A stretch of 64,000 nt of DNA, taken from Candidatus Latescibacterota bacterium. GTDB lineage: Bacteria; Krumholzibacteriota; Krumholzibacteriia; WVZY01; JAKEHA01. Shown here piece after piece: positions 9,857 through 20,100 of this stretch. The notes beneath the pieces were generated by a model. That model did no database searches and had not been told where the DNA came from. It was given only the letters and a program-made list of their open reading frames with translations. The stretch spans positions 292,989 through 356,988 of the forward strand of contig CAVTNQ010000002.1 in NCBI GenBank assembly GCA_963736125.1. The letters are read 5' to 3'. The first letter of the stretch is position 1. Every line of letters starts with the position of its first letter. A program made the position numbers and the translations under genes.

Positions 9857-11405
9857 ATGGCTAACAAACGCATTCTTTGGGTCGACGACGAGATCGAGCT
9901 GCTGAAGTCGCATGTGATGTTCCTGCGCGACAAGGGCTACGACGTCCAAACCGCCACCAACGGGACGGACGCCGTGAACCTGGTCAAGGAGGGGCGCTTC
10001 GACATCATGCTGCTGGACGAGTCGATGCCGGGGCGCGGCGGGCTGGAGACGTTGGTCGAGATCAAGGAATCCGACCCGGTGCTTCCGATCGTGATGATCA
10101 CGAAGAACGAGGAAGAGCGGCTGATGGACAACGCGATCGGGATGAAGATCGACGACTACTTGCTGAAGCCGGTCTCGCCGCTGCAAATCTACTCGGCCTG
10201 CAAGCGCATCTTGGACGCGCCCAAGATCCAGGAGAACCGGCTCTCGCCGGACTACATCAAAGAGTTCAACGAGATCAATACGCTGGTGCAAGAAGGAACG
10301 TGGGACGCGTGGCTGCGCGTGCACCGGCGCATGTGCGCGTGGGACCGGGAATTCGACCAGTTCCGTAACAGCGGACTGGATTCGACGCACGACGACCAGA
10401 AGCTGAACACGGCGCATCACTTCGGGCTCTTCGTCGAAAAGAATTATCGCGACTGGGTGGCCTCCGACAAACGACCGCCGATGAGCCTCGACGTGTTCCC
10501 GCGTTTCATCGCGCCGCATTTGCTCAAGGGCGAGAGGCTGTGCTTCATCCTGGTCGACTGCGTGCGCTTGGATCAGTGGATCGCGATCGAAGATTTCCTC
10601 TCGGAGCAGTTCGACGTGCAGTGGGACTATCTATTGCTCGATCCTTCCCACCGCCACACCGTACTCGCGCAACGCGATCTTTAGCGGTCTGTTCCCCGAC
10701 GACATCGCGCGCCGCTACCCCGACAAGTGGCTCGAGCGCATCAACGAAGATTCGAGCAAGAACAAGTTCGAATCCTTCTTCATGGGCGAGCAGATGAAGA
10801 AGCTGAAACTCGACGAATCGAAGATGCGCTACATGAAGATTCACACCGCGCAGGAAGCGGGGGACGCGCGCAAGCGGGTGGCCTCGCTCATGACCTCGCC
10901 CTTCGTGTCGCTGGTGTTCAACTTCGTCGACATTCTCACCCACGGTCGCAACCAGTCGGACATCCTGCAGCAGCTCTTGCCGAACGAGAGTGCGTTCCGC
11001 TCGCTCATGCGCTCGTGGTTCTCGCACTCGGTCCTGCGCGATATTCTCTCCGACCTCGCGCGCGCCAAAGTGAAGGTGATTCTCACCACCGACCATGGGT
11101 CGATCCTGGGCCGCAAGGCGGCGCTCGTGTACGGACGCCGCGACACCTCGACCAACCTGCGCTACAAGTTCGGCGACAACCTGAAGTGCGATGAAAAGCA
11201 AGCCATCATCGCCCGCAAGCCGTCGGAGTTTCGTTTGCCGTCGGAGTCGGGGACGAAGAACTACATTTTCGCGAAGGAATATTTCTACTTCGTTTACCCG
11301 ACCAACTTCCGCGACTACGAGAAGGCCTACGAGGGAAGCTTCCAACACGGCGGCGTTTCCCTCGAGGAGATGATCCTCCCCTGCCTCACCTTGACACCGC
11401 GCTAG
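9857..11405 (+). CDS. Response regulator with C-terminal PglZ (alkaline-phosphatase-like) domain, PorX-like; frameshift near 10640-10650
   Basis: N-terminal CheY-like REC (ILWVDDE...IMLLDESMPG...KPV); the PglZ signature TPYSRNAIFSGLFP is readable in the alternate frame just upstream of the ORF-track stop at 10684; the PglZ C-terminal motif HGGVSLEEMILP is present; the two ORFs 9857..10684 and 10782..11405 together give about 516 aa, which is PorX-sized. Confidence 0.7.
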
Positions 11406-11407
11406 CG

Positions 11408-11883
11408 GTGCCTACGCGAGTCATGTCGCGAGAACTCGTCCACACGGTGCGCACGCACGACGCGGCCGAAACCGAACGCTTCGGGGCGGCTGTGGGCGCG
11501 CGCATTCGCGGCGGCGCGTGCGTGTGCTTGACGGGCCCGTTGGGAGCGGGGAAGACGGTGCTGGTGAAAGGGCTGTGCCGCGGGCTCGGTGTCGTCGACG
11601 CGGTGACGAGCCCGACGTTCATTCTGATGGAATCGTTCGCGGGGAGACTTCCCATCGTCCACATCGACTTGTATCGACTCGAGCACGAGCGCGAGGTCGA
11701 AGACATCGGCGTGTTCGACTGCTCGACGGCGACACGGTCGTGATCGCCGAGTGGGGCGAGCGCTCGCCGCTTCTCTACGACGCCGCCGATATCGAAGTGC
11801 GCATCGAGCCGAGCGAGGGAAGACGCGCGCACCTCCATATCCACGCAACACCCGACGTTCGCGCGTGTACTGGGCGATTTGAC
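11408..11883 (+). CDS. tsaE: tRNA threonylcarbamoyladenosine biosynthesis protein TsaE (P-loop ATPase), with a 1-nt deletion near 11718; 3' end uncertain
   Basis: Walker A TGPLGAGKT; the C-terminal TsaE segment LLDGDTVVIAEWGE...HLHIHA continues in the -1 frame; no stop is visible before the tsaB ATG. Confidence 0.6.
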
Positions 11884-12617
11884 ATGGTGACGCTCGCTCT
11901 CGATACCTCGCACGCCGTGGGATCGGTCGCGCTGGCGCGCGACGGCGTGGTGCTGGGCGAGATCGCTTCGACGGCGCCGTCGTCGCACTTGGTCGAGCTC
12001 GCACGCGCGGTGGAACGGTTGCTCGGCGAGCAGCGGACTGACCGCGCGTGACGTCGACTCGCGTCGCGGTGGTGTTGGGGCCGGGGAGTTTCACGGGAGT
12101 GCGCATCGCACTCGCGTTCGCAAAAGGGCTCGTCGCGGCGGGCGCGGAGTTGGTCGGCATGGATTCGTTGTCGGTGCTCGCCCTTCCGTTCTTCGACGAG
12201 AGGCACGAGCGCGTGTGTGCCATGATCGACGCCAAGCGCGGCGAAGTCTACGGTGCCGTGTACGAGCGCGCGCGAGGTGCGAATCCGCCGGGACTGGAAG
12301 CGATCGTGACGCCGCGCGCCGAGGCACCGCGGGCGTTCCTCGATGCGCTCGCGCAGGCGCCCGATCTCTTCGTCGGCACCGGGGCCGTCGCACACCGCGA
12401 CGACATCGAGGCGCGCTTCCGGCGCGCCGAGATCGCGAAGGAAGCGCGCGCGTATCCGTCGATGGCGATCTTCGCCTCGATCGCCCATCTCTTGCCGCCG
12501 TTCACGCGCGACGCGGTGAGCGCGCTCGAGCCCATCTATCTGCGACCGAGTGGAGCCGAGCGCAAGCGGCTGCGCGCCCACGCGCCGGGGAAGGCGGGCG
12601 ACGATGGCCTCATCTGA
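11884..12617 (+). CDS. tsaB: tRNA t6A biosynthesis protein TsaB (inactive Kae1 paralogue), two nearby 1-nt indels around 12030 and 12060
   Basis: MVTLALDTSHAVGSVAL N-terminus; the diagnostic GPGSFTGVRIA motif resumes in a third frame after a short middle-frame piece SGLTARDVDS that fits the TsaB alignment. Confidence 0.65.
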
Positions 12618-13071
12618 ACGGCCGCCGGTCGTCCTCGCAGAGCTTTCCGATGAGCATGTTGCCGACCTGCTCAGGATCGAGGGCGAACTATTTCCGGCAC
12701 CATGGACCGAAGCCATGTTTCGCCAGGAAGTGGAAGAGAAGTGGCTGTCGCGCTCTTTTGTAGCATTGCTCGACGAGAAGATTGTCGGCTATGTCATTGC
12801 TTGGTTCCTGCGCGGCGAAGTACACGTGCTGAACCTCGCCGTGACGACGAAACACCAGCGCAAGGGCATCGCGCGTTTTATGCTCGCGCACATCATCGGA
12901 CTCGCGAACGAAGAAGCGTGCCACCTCGTCACCCTCGAGGTGCGCGTGTCGAACGACCCCGCCAAGCTGCTCTATATGTCGATGGGCTTTGCACCGGTGG
13001 GAATCCGTCGCCGCTACTACCACGACAACAACGAGGACGCGCTGGTCATGACCAAGCGCTTGCGCGGATGA
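12604..13071 (+). CDS. rimI: Ribosomal-protein-alanine N-acetyltransferase (GNAT)
   Basis: GNAT motifs (LAVTTKHQRKGIARFML; YMSMGF) with the canonical tsaE-tsaB-rimI neighbourhood; the ATG at 12604 overlaps the tsaB end. Confidence 0.7.
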   Translation: MASSERPPVVLAELSDEHVADLLRIEGELFPAPWTEAMFRQEVEEKWLSRSFVALLDEKIVGYVIAWFLRGEVHVLNLAVTTKHQRKGIARFMLAHIIGLANEEACHLVTLEVRVSNDPAKLLYMSMGFAPVGIRRRYYHDNNEDALVMTKRLRG

Positions 13072-13817
13072 GCGCGCGGCGGTTCGCCTTCATCGCGGGC
13101 AGCGGCATGGACCCGGTGGCGCGCGCCATGACGATTGGCCGCGAGATTCGCTTCGACGACATCGCCGGCGTGGGTGTGTGCGGGGTCGAAGGCCACACCG
13201 GCCGCGTGCTGGAAGGGACCATCGCGGGGCGTGCGTGCACCCTCGTGATGGGTCGACGCCACGTCTACGAAGGCGACCCGGCCGCCGTCGCGCACCTGGT
13301 CGAATGGCTGGCCGCGAGTGGCGTCACCGACCTCGTCATGGCGTCCGCGGCCGGGGCCCTCCATCGACGCCTCGACGCGGGCGATCTGGTGGTCGCGCGC
13401 GACGTCATTGACCTCCAGAATCGGGAGTATCTCGCGCGGCGCGGAAACACGGGCGGCGCGAGCGTCGGTGAAAGTCTTCGCATCGACCCCGGGCTCGCAT
13501 CCGCCGTGGAGCGTGCCGCTACCGCGGCACGTGTTCCCTGGCAGCGCGGGACGATTGTGTGCGGAGTCGGGCCCGCCTACGAAACCAAAGCCGAGGTTCG
13601 GATGTTACAGGACTGGGGCGACGTCGCCACGATGTCGTCGGCCCCCGAGCTGGCCGCGGCGAGTCGGCTGGGGATTCGAGCCGCCGCGATCGCGTTGGTA
13701 ACGAACCCATGCACCGGCGTCGCGTCGTCGCGGCCCAATCACCAAGAGGTCTTGGAAGTTGGCCGGCGGATGGCGGTCGGGCTGGTCAGTGTTTTTGAGC
13801 AACTGATTGCCCAGTAG
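13068..13817 (+). CDS. Purine nucleoside phosphorylase / MTA phosphorylase family (PNP_UDP_1 fold)
   Basis: GSGMD near the N-terminus; GRRHVYEG motif; C-terminal MSSAPE...VTN motifs of PNP/MTAP-family phosphorylases; its ATG overlaps the rimI stop. Confidence 0.6.
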   Translation: MSARRFAFIAGSGMDPVARAMTIGREIRFDDIAGVGVCGVEGHTGRVLEGTIAGRACTLVMGRRHVYEGDPAAVAHLVEWLAASGVTDLVMASAAGALHRRLDAGDLVVARDVIDLQNREYLARRGNTGGASVGESLRIDPGLASAVERAATAARVPWQRGTIVCGVGPAYETKAEVRMLQDWGDVATMSSAPELAAASRLGIRAAAIALVTNPCTGVASSRPNHQEVLEVGRRMAVGLVSVFEQLIAQ

Positions 13818-13943
13818 TCGATTACGACGCCAAGTCGAGGGCCGCCTATCGGCGGCCGGATTAGGGTTGTGGCCCGCTGTCGCGGGCCCGTATAGTCTCC
13901 CCAACACCCCAAGCACCCGAAGGGAAGGACGGTGCTTTCGTAG

Positions 13944-14843
13944 TTGTCCTGGTTCCGTAGGGAAAAACGGGGCGTCCAGCCCATTCAGAAGAAGGCCATC
14001 CCCGACGGCCTGTGGAAGAAGTGCGACTTCTGCGGGGAAATCCTCTACGTCAAAGAGCTCGAGAAGCGGTTGTGGACGTGCTCGAAGTGCGGCAACCACT
14101 TCATGATCTCGACCCAACAGTACATCGAGATCCTGGCCGACCCGGGGACCTTCCGTGAGACGCACACCGGTTTGATCTCCGGCGACCCGCTCCAGTTCAA
14201 AGACCTCAAGAAGTACAAGGACCGCATTCGCGAGTACCACGAGAAGACCGGCATGGAAGACGCCATGGTGACCGGCTTCGCGTCGATGAACGGCCGCGAC
14301 GTCGTCCTCGCCATCATGGACTTCTCCTACATGGGCGGCAGCATGGGCTCGGTCGTGGGCGAAAAATTCGCGCGCGCCGCCCAGGACGCGATTCTCCGCC
14401 GGCGCCCCTTGATCTCGCTCTCGCGCTCGGGCGGGGCCCGCATGCAGGAGTCGATCTTCTCGCTCATGCAGATGGCGAAGACCAGTGCCATGCTTTCGCG
14501 CCTGTCCGAAGAAGGGCTCCCGTTCATCTCGATCCTGACCAACCCGACCACCGGTGGAGTGACCGCCAGCTTCGCCAGCCTGGGCGATGTCATCATCGCC
14601 GAGCCCAAGGCGCTGATCGGGTTCGCGGGACCGCGCGTCATCCAGCAAACCATCCGGCAAGACCTCCCCGAAGGATTCCAGCGCAGCGAGTTCCTGCTCG
14701 AGCACGGCATGATCGACATGATCGTCCCGCGCGACGAGTTGCGCCACGTGCTCGACGGGCTGCTCGACTTCATGTGCGCCCGCGCTGCGTCCGCCTCGGA
14801 CCAGGAAGTGAAGGATGACTCGCAGTCGCCGGCCGTTTCCTGA
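13944..14843 (+). CDS. accD: Acetyl-CoA carboxylase carboxyltransferase beta subunit
   Basis: MSWFRREK...CDFCGEILY...CSKCGNHF zinc-ribbon N-terminus and a carboxyltransferase core; TTG start. Confidence 0.85.
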   Translation: MSWFRREKRGVQPIQKKAIPDGLWKKCDFCGEILYVKELEKRLWTCSKCGNHFMISTQQYIEILADPGTFRETHTGLISGDPLQFKDLKKYKDRIREYHEKTGMEDAMVTGFASMNGRDVVLAIMDFSYMGGSMGSVVGEKFARAAQDAILRRRPLISLSRSGGARMQESIFSLMQMAKTSAMLSRLSEEGLPFISILTNPTTGGVTASFASLGDVIIAEPKALIGFAGPRVIQQTIRQDLPEGFQRSEFLLEHGMIDMIVPRDELRHVLDGLLDFMCARAASASDQEVKDDSQSPAVS

Positions 14844-16185
14844 CCCCTCCGCACTTCCGCCCAACCTTCAATTCGTCCTAGCGCTCTCGCCGTCGGTGAT
14901 GACGCTGGGGCTCGACCACGTCCGGCTCCTGATGGACCGGCTCGGCCACCCCGAGCAACGTTTCCGTGCGGCCATCGTCGCCGGCACCAACGGCAAAGGG
15001 TCGACCACCACGATGCTGGCGGCGATCCTGGCCGCACACGGGCTGCGCACGGGACGCTACACCTCACCGCACGTGTTCAGTGTCGCCGAGCGCATCATGG
15101 TGGACGGAGCCTTCGTGAGTATCGACGAGATGGAAGCCGCCGCCGCGCGCCTGGTGCCGCTGCGCGCCGAGATTCCGTTCAGCTACTTCGAGGGGCTGAC
15201 GGCGATCGCGTTTCTCATTTTTGCCGCGCGCAAGGTCGACGTGGCCGTGCTCGAAGTCGGCTTGGGCGGCCGCCTCGACGCGACCAACGTCGTCGAGCCG
15301 GAGGTGTCGATCGTGACCAGCATCTCGCTCGACCACCGTCGCATTCTGGGCGACACGGAGGAAGAAATCCTAATCGAGAAGCTCGGCGTCGCGCGGCCGG
15401 GCGTGCCGCTCCTGGTGGGCTCGCTATCGAAGCCGCTGCGCGAAATCGTCGACACGCGCGCGGCGCGCGAGCGCATTCCGGTCTTCGGCCCCGACCAACT
15501 CGGTCGCGTGAGCGACGTCGAGGAGGCCTTCGACGGGATTTCCTTTCGCCTCGTCACACCGCGCGCCGACTATGGCCGCGTCTCCATCCCGTTCGCCGGC
15601 GCGCACCAAGCCACGAATGCTCTCCTCGCCATCGGGGCCGCCGAGCGGATGCTCCCCGTCCTGGACGGACTCCGCGGCGCGCTCGCGAGCGCCTACATCC
15701 CGGGCCGCTTCGAGTGCATCCAGCGGGGACGCCAGACCTATGTGATCGACGTCGCCCACAACGACGCGGCCTTGATCGCGACCGCCGACCACCTGGCCGC
15801 CTTTCGCCGCCGCGACGACTGCGCGCTCGTGTTCGGGCTCCTGCGCCGCAAGGAGCTCTTCGACGCACCCCGGCATCTCCTTCGGTCCGCATCTTGCCTC
15901 TGTTTGATCGAACCGCCCGGCGAACCCGGCAGCGCCGACAATGCCTTCGCGCCGCACGAATTGTGGGCGCACTACTTCGCTCCGCTCTTGCCGAACGCGG
16001 CCACCAACGTCATGCTGTGGAATCCGTCGGGCCCGCGCGACGATCCCATGCGACGTTTGGTCGCCTGGCTGGAGCGCTCGCGCTACACGACGGTGGTCGC
16101 GACGGGGTCGCATCGGGTGGTGGAAGAGTTCGGGCTGTGTCTGCATGCAGCCACCCAAGGTGCCGTGAAGGAGGCTACGGATTGA
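14815..16185 (+). CDS. folC: Dihydrofolate synthase / folylpolyglutamate synthase
   Basis: Mur-ligase-type P-loop VAGTNGKGST; classical accD-folC pairing with overlapping ends. Confidence 0.8.
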   Translation: MTRSRRPFPDPSALPPNLQFVLALSPSVMTLGLDHVRLLMDRLGHPEQRFRAAIVAGTNGKGSTTTMLAAILAAHGLRTGRYTSPHVFSVAERIMVDGAFVSIDEMEAAAARLVPLRAEIPFSYFEGLTAIAFLIFAARKVDVAVLEVGLGGRLDATNVVEPEVSIVTSISLDHRRILGDTEEEILIEKLGVARPGVPLLVGSLSKPLREIVDTRAARERIPVFGPDQLGRVSDVEEAFDGISFRLVTPRADYGRVSIPFAGAHQATNALLAIGAAERMLPVLDGLRGALASAYIPGRFECIQRGRQTYVIDVAHNDAALIATADHLAAFRRRDDCALVFGLLRRKELFDAPRHLLRSASCLCLIEPPGEPGSADNAFAPHELWAHYFAPLLPNAATNVMLWNPSGPRDDPMRRLVAWLERSRYTTVVATGSHRVVEEFGLCLHAATQGAVKEATD

Positions 16186-17147
16186 GCGCGTGGATCGGCG
16201 TCGACATCGGCGGCACCAACATCAAGATCGCGACCGTCTCCGCGACGGGCGCCGTCCTCGCGCGCGGAGTGGTCGAAACACGGGCCGGTGAAGGGCCGGC
16301 GGCCGCCTTCCGTCGCATCCACGAGGCTGCGCGTTACCTGGCCGGTCGGCAGTCGATCGCGGGTGTCGGCATCGGCTGCGCGGGCCTGATCGACGCCCGC
16401 CGCGGCCTCCTGCGCGTGTCACCCAACCTACCCGCGTGGAAGGGCGCACCCCTCGCGCGCCTCGCGCGCGCGCATTTTCGACTGCCCATCGCGATCGAGA
16501 ACGACGCCACCAGTGCCGCCTTCGGCGAGTCCTTCGTGCGCGGCGAACGCGGTCGCCATTTGGTGTTCATTACCTTGGGAACCGGGGTGGGCGGTGGGAT
16601 CGTGGCCGACGGGCGCGTGGTGCGCGGGGTGTCGGGGTTTGGTGGCGAGATCGGCCACATGACCGTCGACCCCAACGGGCCCACGTGTCGATGTGGCTCA
16701 CGCGGTTGTCTGGAGGTGTACGCGGGGTCGTACGGGATCGTGCGCGCGGCTCGTGAGGCCGCGAAGGCGTCCGCTAAGGCGCGGCGCGCCCCGCTGGCGC
16801 GACGACTCGGCGGCCGCTCCGTCAGCGCGCGCGACGTCCTCGACGCCGCTCGCCGCGGCGATGTCGTCGGGCGCGCAGCGGCCCGTGTCGCCGGCGAGCA
16901 CCTCGGCCTTGCGATCGCGTCGATGCTGAACGTCTTGAATCCCTCCGCGGTCGTGATCGGCGGCGGGGTGGCGGGCGGCTTCGACGTCTTGGCGCCCCAC
17001 GTGCGGCGCGCGGTCGCGCGCTTCGCCTTCGCCGACACGGCGCGCGCGGCGCGCATCGAGCCCTCGCGACTGGGCAACGACGCCGCCGTCGTGGGAGCGG
17101 CGATGCTCGCGCGCTTCAACACTCGCCCTGCCAGGAAGACCCGGTGA
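16182..17147 (+). CDS. ROK-family sugar kinase (glucokinase-like)
   Basis: IGVDIGGTNIK N-terminus; the ROK zinc motif CRCGSRGCLE; TTG start overlaps the folC stop; the ORF-track N-terminal extension is spurious. Confidence 0.75.
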   Translation: MSAWIGVDIGGTNIKIATVSATGAVLARGVVETRAGEGPAAAFRRIHEAARYLAGRQSIAGVGIGCAGLIDARRGLLRVSPNLPAWKGAPLARLARAHFRLPIAIENDATSAAFGESFVRGERGRHLVFITLGTGVGGGIVADGRVVRGVSGFGGEIGHMTVDPNGPTCRCGSRGCLEVYAGSYGIVRAAREAAKASAKARRAPLARRLGGRSVSARDVLDAARRGDVVGRAAARVAGEHLGLAIASMLNVLNPSAVVIGGGVAGGFDVLAPHVRRAVARFAFADTARAARIEPSRLGNDAAVVGAAMLARFNTRPARKTR

Positions 17148-20100
17148 GTCGTCCGAAAGTCTTCGGTGTGCTCGCGTGGTTCGCGGCCCTCGCGTGGTGG
17201 GGAACGTTCCCCTTGCGCGCGCAGATTCCGACCATCTCACCCGCGGTGTTCTACGACGTCCGCGCCGACCAAAGCCTCCTGAAGAAAGTCGGCGATGAAA
17301 CCGTGCTCGAGCTCACGGGCAACGTGCGCGTCGTCCACGGCGACGTCACCATCACCGCCGACCGCGGGTTGAACTACGCGACCCAACGCCTCACCCAGCT
17401 CTTCGGACACGTGCGCGCGGTGCAGCAAACGCTGGTCATGACCGGCGACGAGGGCGAGTATCGCCAGCTCGAAGACCTCGCCATCGTGAAGAAGAACGTC
17501 CACATCGTCGACGAAGGCTGGCAAGTGACGTGCGACGAGGTGCGCTATTCGCGCACCCAAGACGAGGCCTGGCTCATCGGTCACGTGGTCGGGAAGGACT
17601 CCACGTCGACCATGCACGCCGACCGCGTCCTCTACCAGCGCACCATCGGGCGGGCCGAAGCGTTCGGCAAGGTCGAGATCACCGACGACAAGCAAAACTT
17701 GATCGTGCGCGGCAAGCACGGGCTGTTCTATCGCGACCGCGGCGAAGGGGTCGTCGACCGCGAGCCCAAGCTCATCTCCGGCCCCGACGACCCCGAGCCG
17801 ATCACCGTCGTGAGCGACACCATGCGCGTGTTTCCCGACTCGTCGCGCGCCACTGCGTACTACCGCGTCAAGATTATCAAGGGCAACACCGTCACACAGT
17901 GCGACTCGGCCATGCTCTACGACGACCGCCATCGCGTCGAGTTGTACGGCCACCCGCTCGCCCAGCAAGACAACGTCGCCATGAAGGGCGACCGCATGGT
18001 GGCGTTCTACAACGAATCGGAAGTCCACCGCATCGACATCCTCGGGAGTGCCTCGATCACCGAGGCGGTGCGCGATTCGATGGTGGTCGGTCGCGACAGT
18101 TGGATCCAGGGCGACTCCATCACACTCTACTTGCACGAAGGCGGCGTCGACTCGGTGCGCGTGCGCGGCAAGGCGAAGAGCGAGTACTTCCCCAAGAATC
18201 CCAACAAGGTGGAGGGCAACTCGATCGAAGGCAACAACATGTTCTTCAAGTTCGGGCCCAAGGAAATCGAGTTCGTCGACGTGAAGGGCGGGGCGTCGGG
18301 CCTTTATCGTTACATCAATCTCAAGCGCGGCGAAACCCCCGACAGCCTGCGCGCGGCCGGCGACACCACGCTCTCCTACGTTGCGTTTCCGCAGAAGGCG
18401 GAGCGCGTCGAATACGCGGCCGAGCGCATTCGCTACTTCGCCGATAAGGAAGACCTTGTCCTGGATCAGAAAGCGCGCGTCGACTACAAGAACAGCCGCC
18501 TCGAAGCGGACAACATCACCTATCACGCCTCGCTGCAGGTGCTCGACGCCAGCGGTTCGCCGACGTTGACCGACGCCGGCCAGGCCATCGTCGGGCACCA
18601 GATGGACTACGACCTCGACAGCGGGACCGGGCTGGTTACCGAAGGGTCGACGTCGTACGGCCCGGGCTTCTACAGCGGCCAGGACATGGCCAAGGTGGGG
18701 GAGAACGAGCTCAAGGTGTGGAACTCGGTGTACACGACGTGCGACTTGAAAGAGCCGCACTATCACTTCGCCGCCAAGCACATGAAGGTATATCCGGACG
18801 ACAAGGCCTTCACCGGACCCATTTGGTTGTACATCGGCAAGACGCCCATCTTCGCGCTCCCCTTCATGGCCAACAGCATCGCGCGCGGACGGCATTCGGG
18901 ATTCTTGCGCCCCAACTTCGAATTCGGTATCACGAGCGCCAACGGGCGCTACTTGAGCAATCTCGGTTACTACTGGGCCACCAACGACTACACCGATTTT
19001 ACCTTTGCCGGCGACTTCTACGAAGACTCGCGCTGGCGACTGTACGTCGGGAATCGTTACGCCTTGCGCTACAAGTTCAGCGGGGGTGTCAACTACAACT
19101 ACGTGCGCGACATCGGCGACAATACGACCGAGTGGACGCTCGACGGCATCCACGACCAGACCCTCGGCGAACGCTTCACGTTGAATGCGAGCCTGCGCTT
19201 CGTCTCGAGCGACGCCGCCCCGCAGAGTGTCAATCGCATCGACGACGTCCAGCGCTACATCGACCGGTCCATTCGCTCGACGGTGGCCTTGCGCAAGAGT
19301 TGGAACACGGTGGGATTCAGCGCGTCGGCCAGCCGCACGCAGAACCTCAACATCGTCGACCCGACCGCGATCGTGCAGACCTCGACCTTGCCGAGCGTCC
19401 AACTCTCGATCCCGTCGTGGAACCTCTACTTCGGCGACGAGTCGAAGCCGACCGAAGGCTTGTGGCAGAGCCTGGGGCGCAACACGCGCGTATCGCCCTC
19501 GCTGTCGTTCAATCGGACGGTGCGGGAGAAATTGTTCGAGAACGACGACGTTTCGGCGGCACTCGCGCAGGCCTCGATGCAGAGCCCGCAGAAGATCGGG
19601 TTCGTTACCATATCGCCGTCGATATCGGCCAACCTGACGTCGACGTATGTCGACTACTCGCGCGAGGCGTACCAGTACTATCGAGGTTCGGGCAGCACGA
19701 TCGACACGGTCTCGGTGACAGCACTCGATTCCACTCTCACCGAAAACGTCTTCACGTGGCGCACGGGTGTGGGCGCCAACACGAACATCTTCGGCACCTT
19801 CTATCCCAACCTCGGCCGCTTGCACGGTATTCGTCACACCCTCACACCGTCGGTGAATTACTCGTACACGCCCTCGCAGGACGGACGGCCGCGCTCGCAG
19901 GCGGTGGGTTTGAATCTGCGCAACGCGATCGACTTGAAGATCGCCGGCAACGAAGCGGACACCACGGCCACCGACCAGGAGAAAATGAAACGGCTGTCGG
20001 GTGTCGTGATTTGGAACCTGTCGAGTGCCTACCGGCCGGACACGCCGCTGGCGCGCGCGTGGAGCCCGATCTCGAGCGCGCTCAATTTCGTCTTGTTCGG

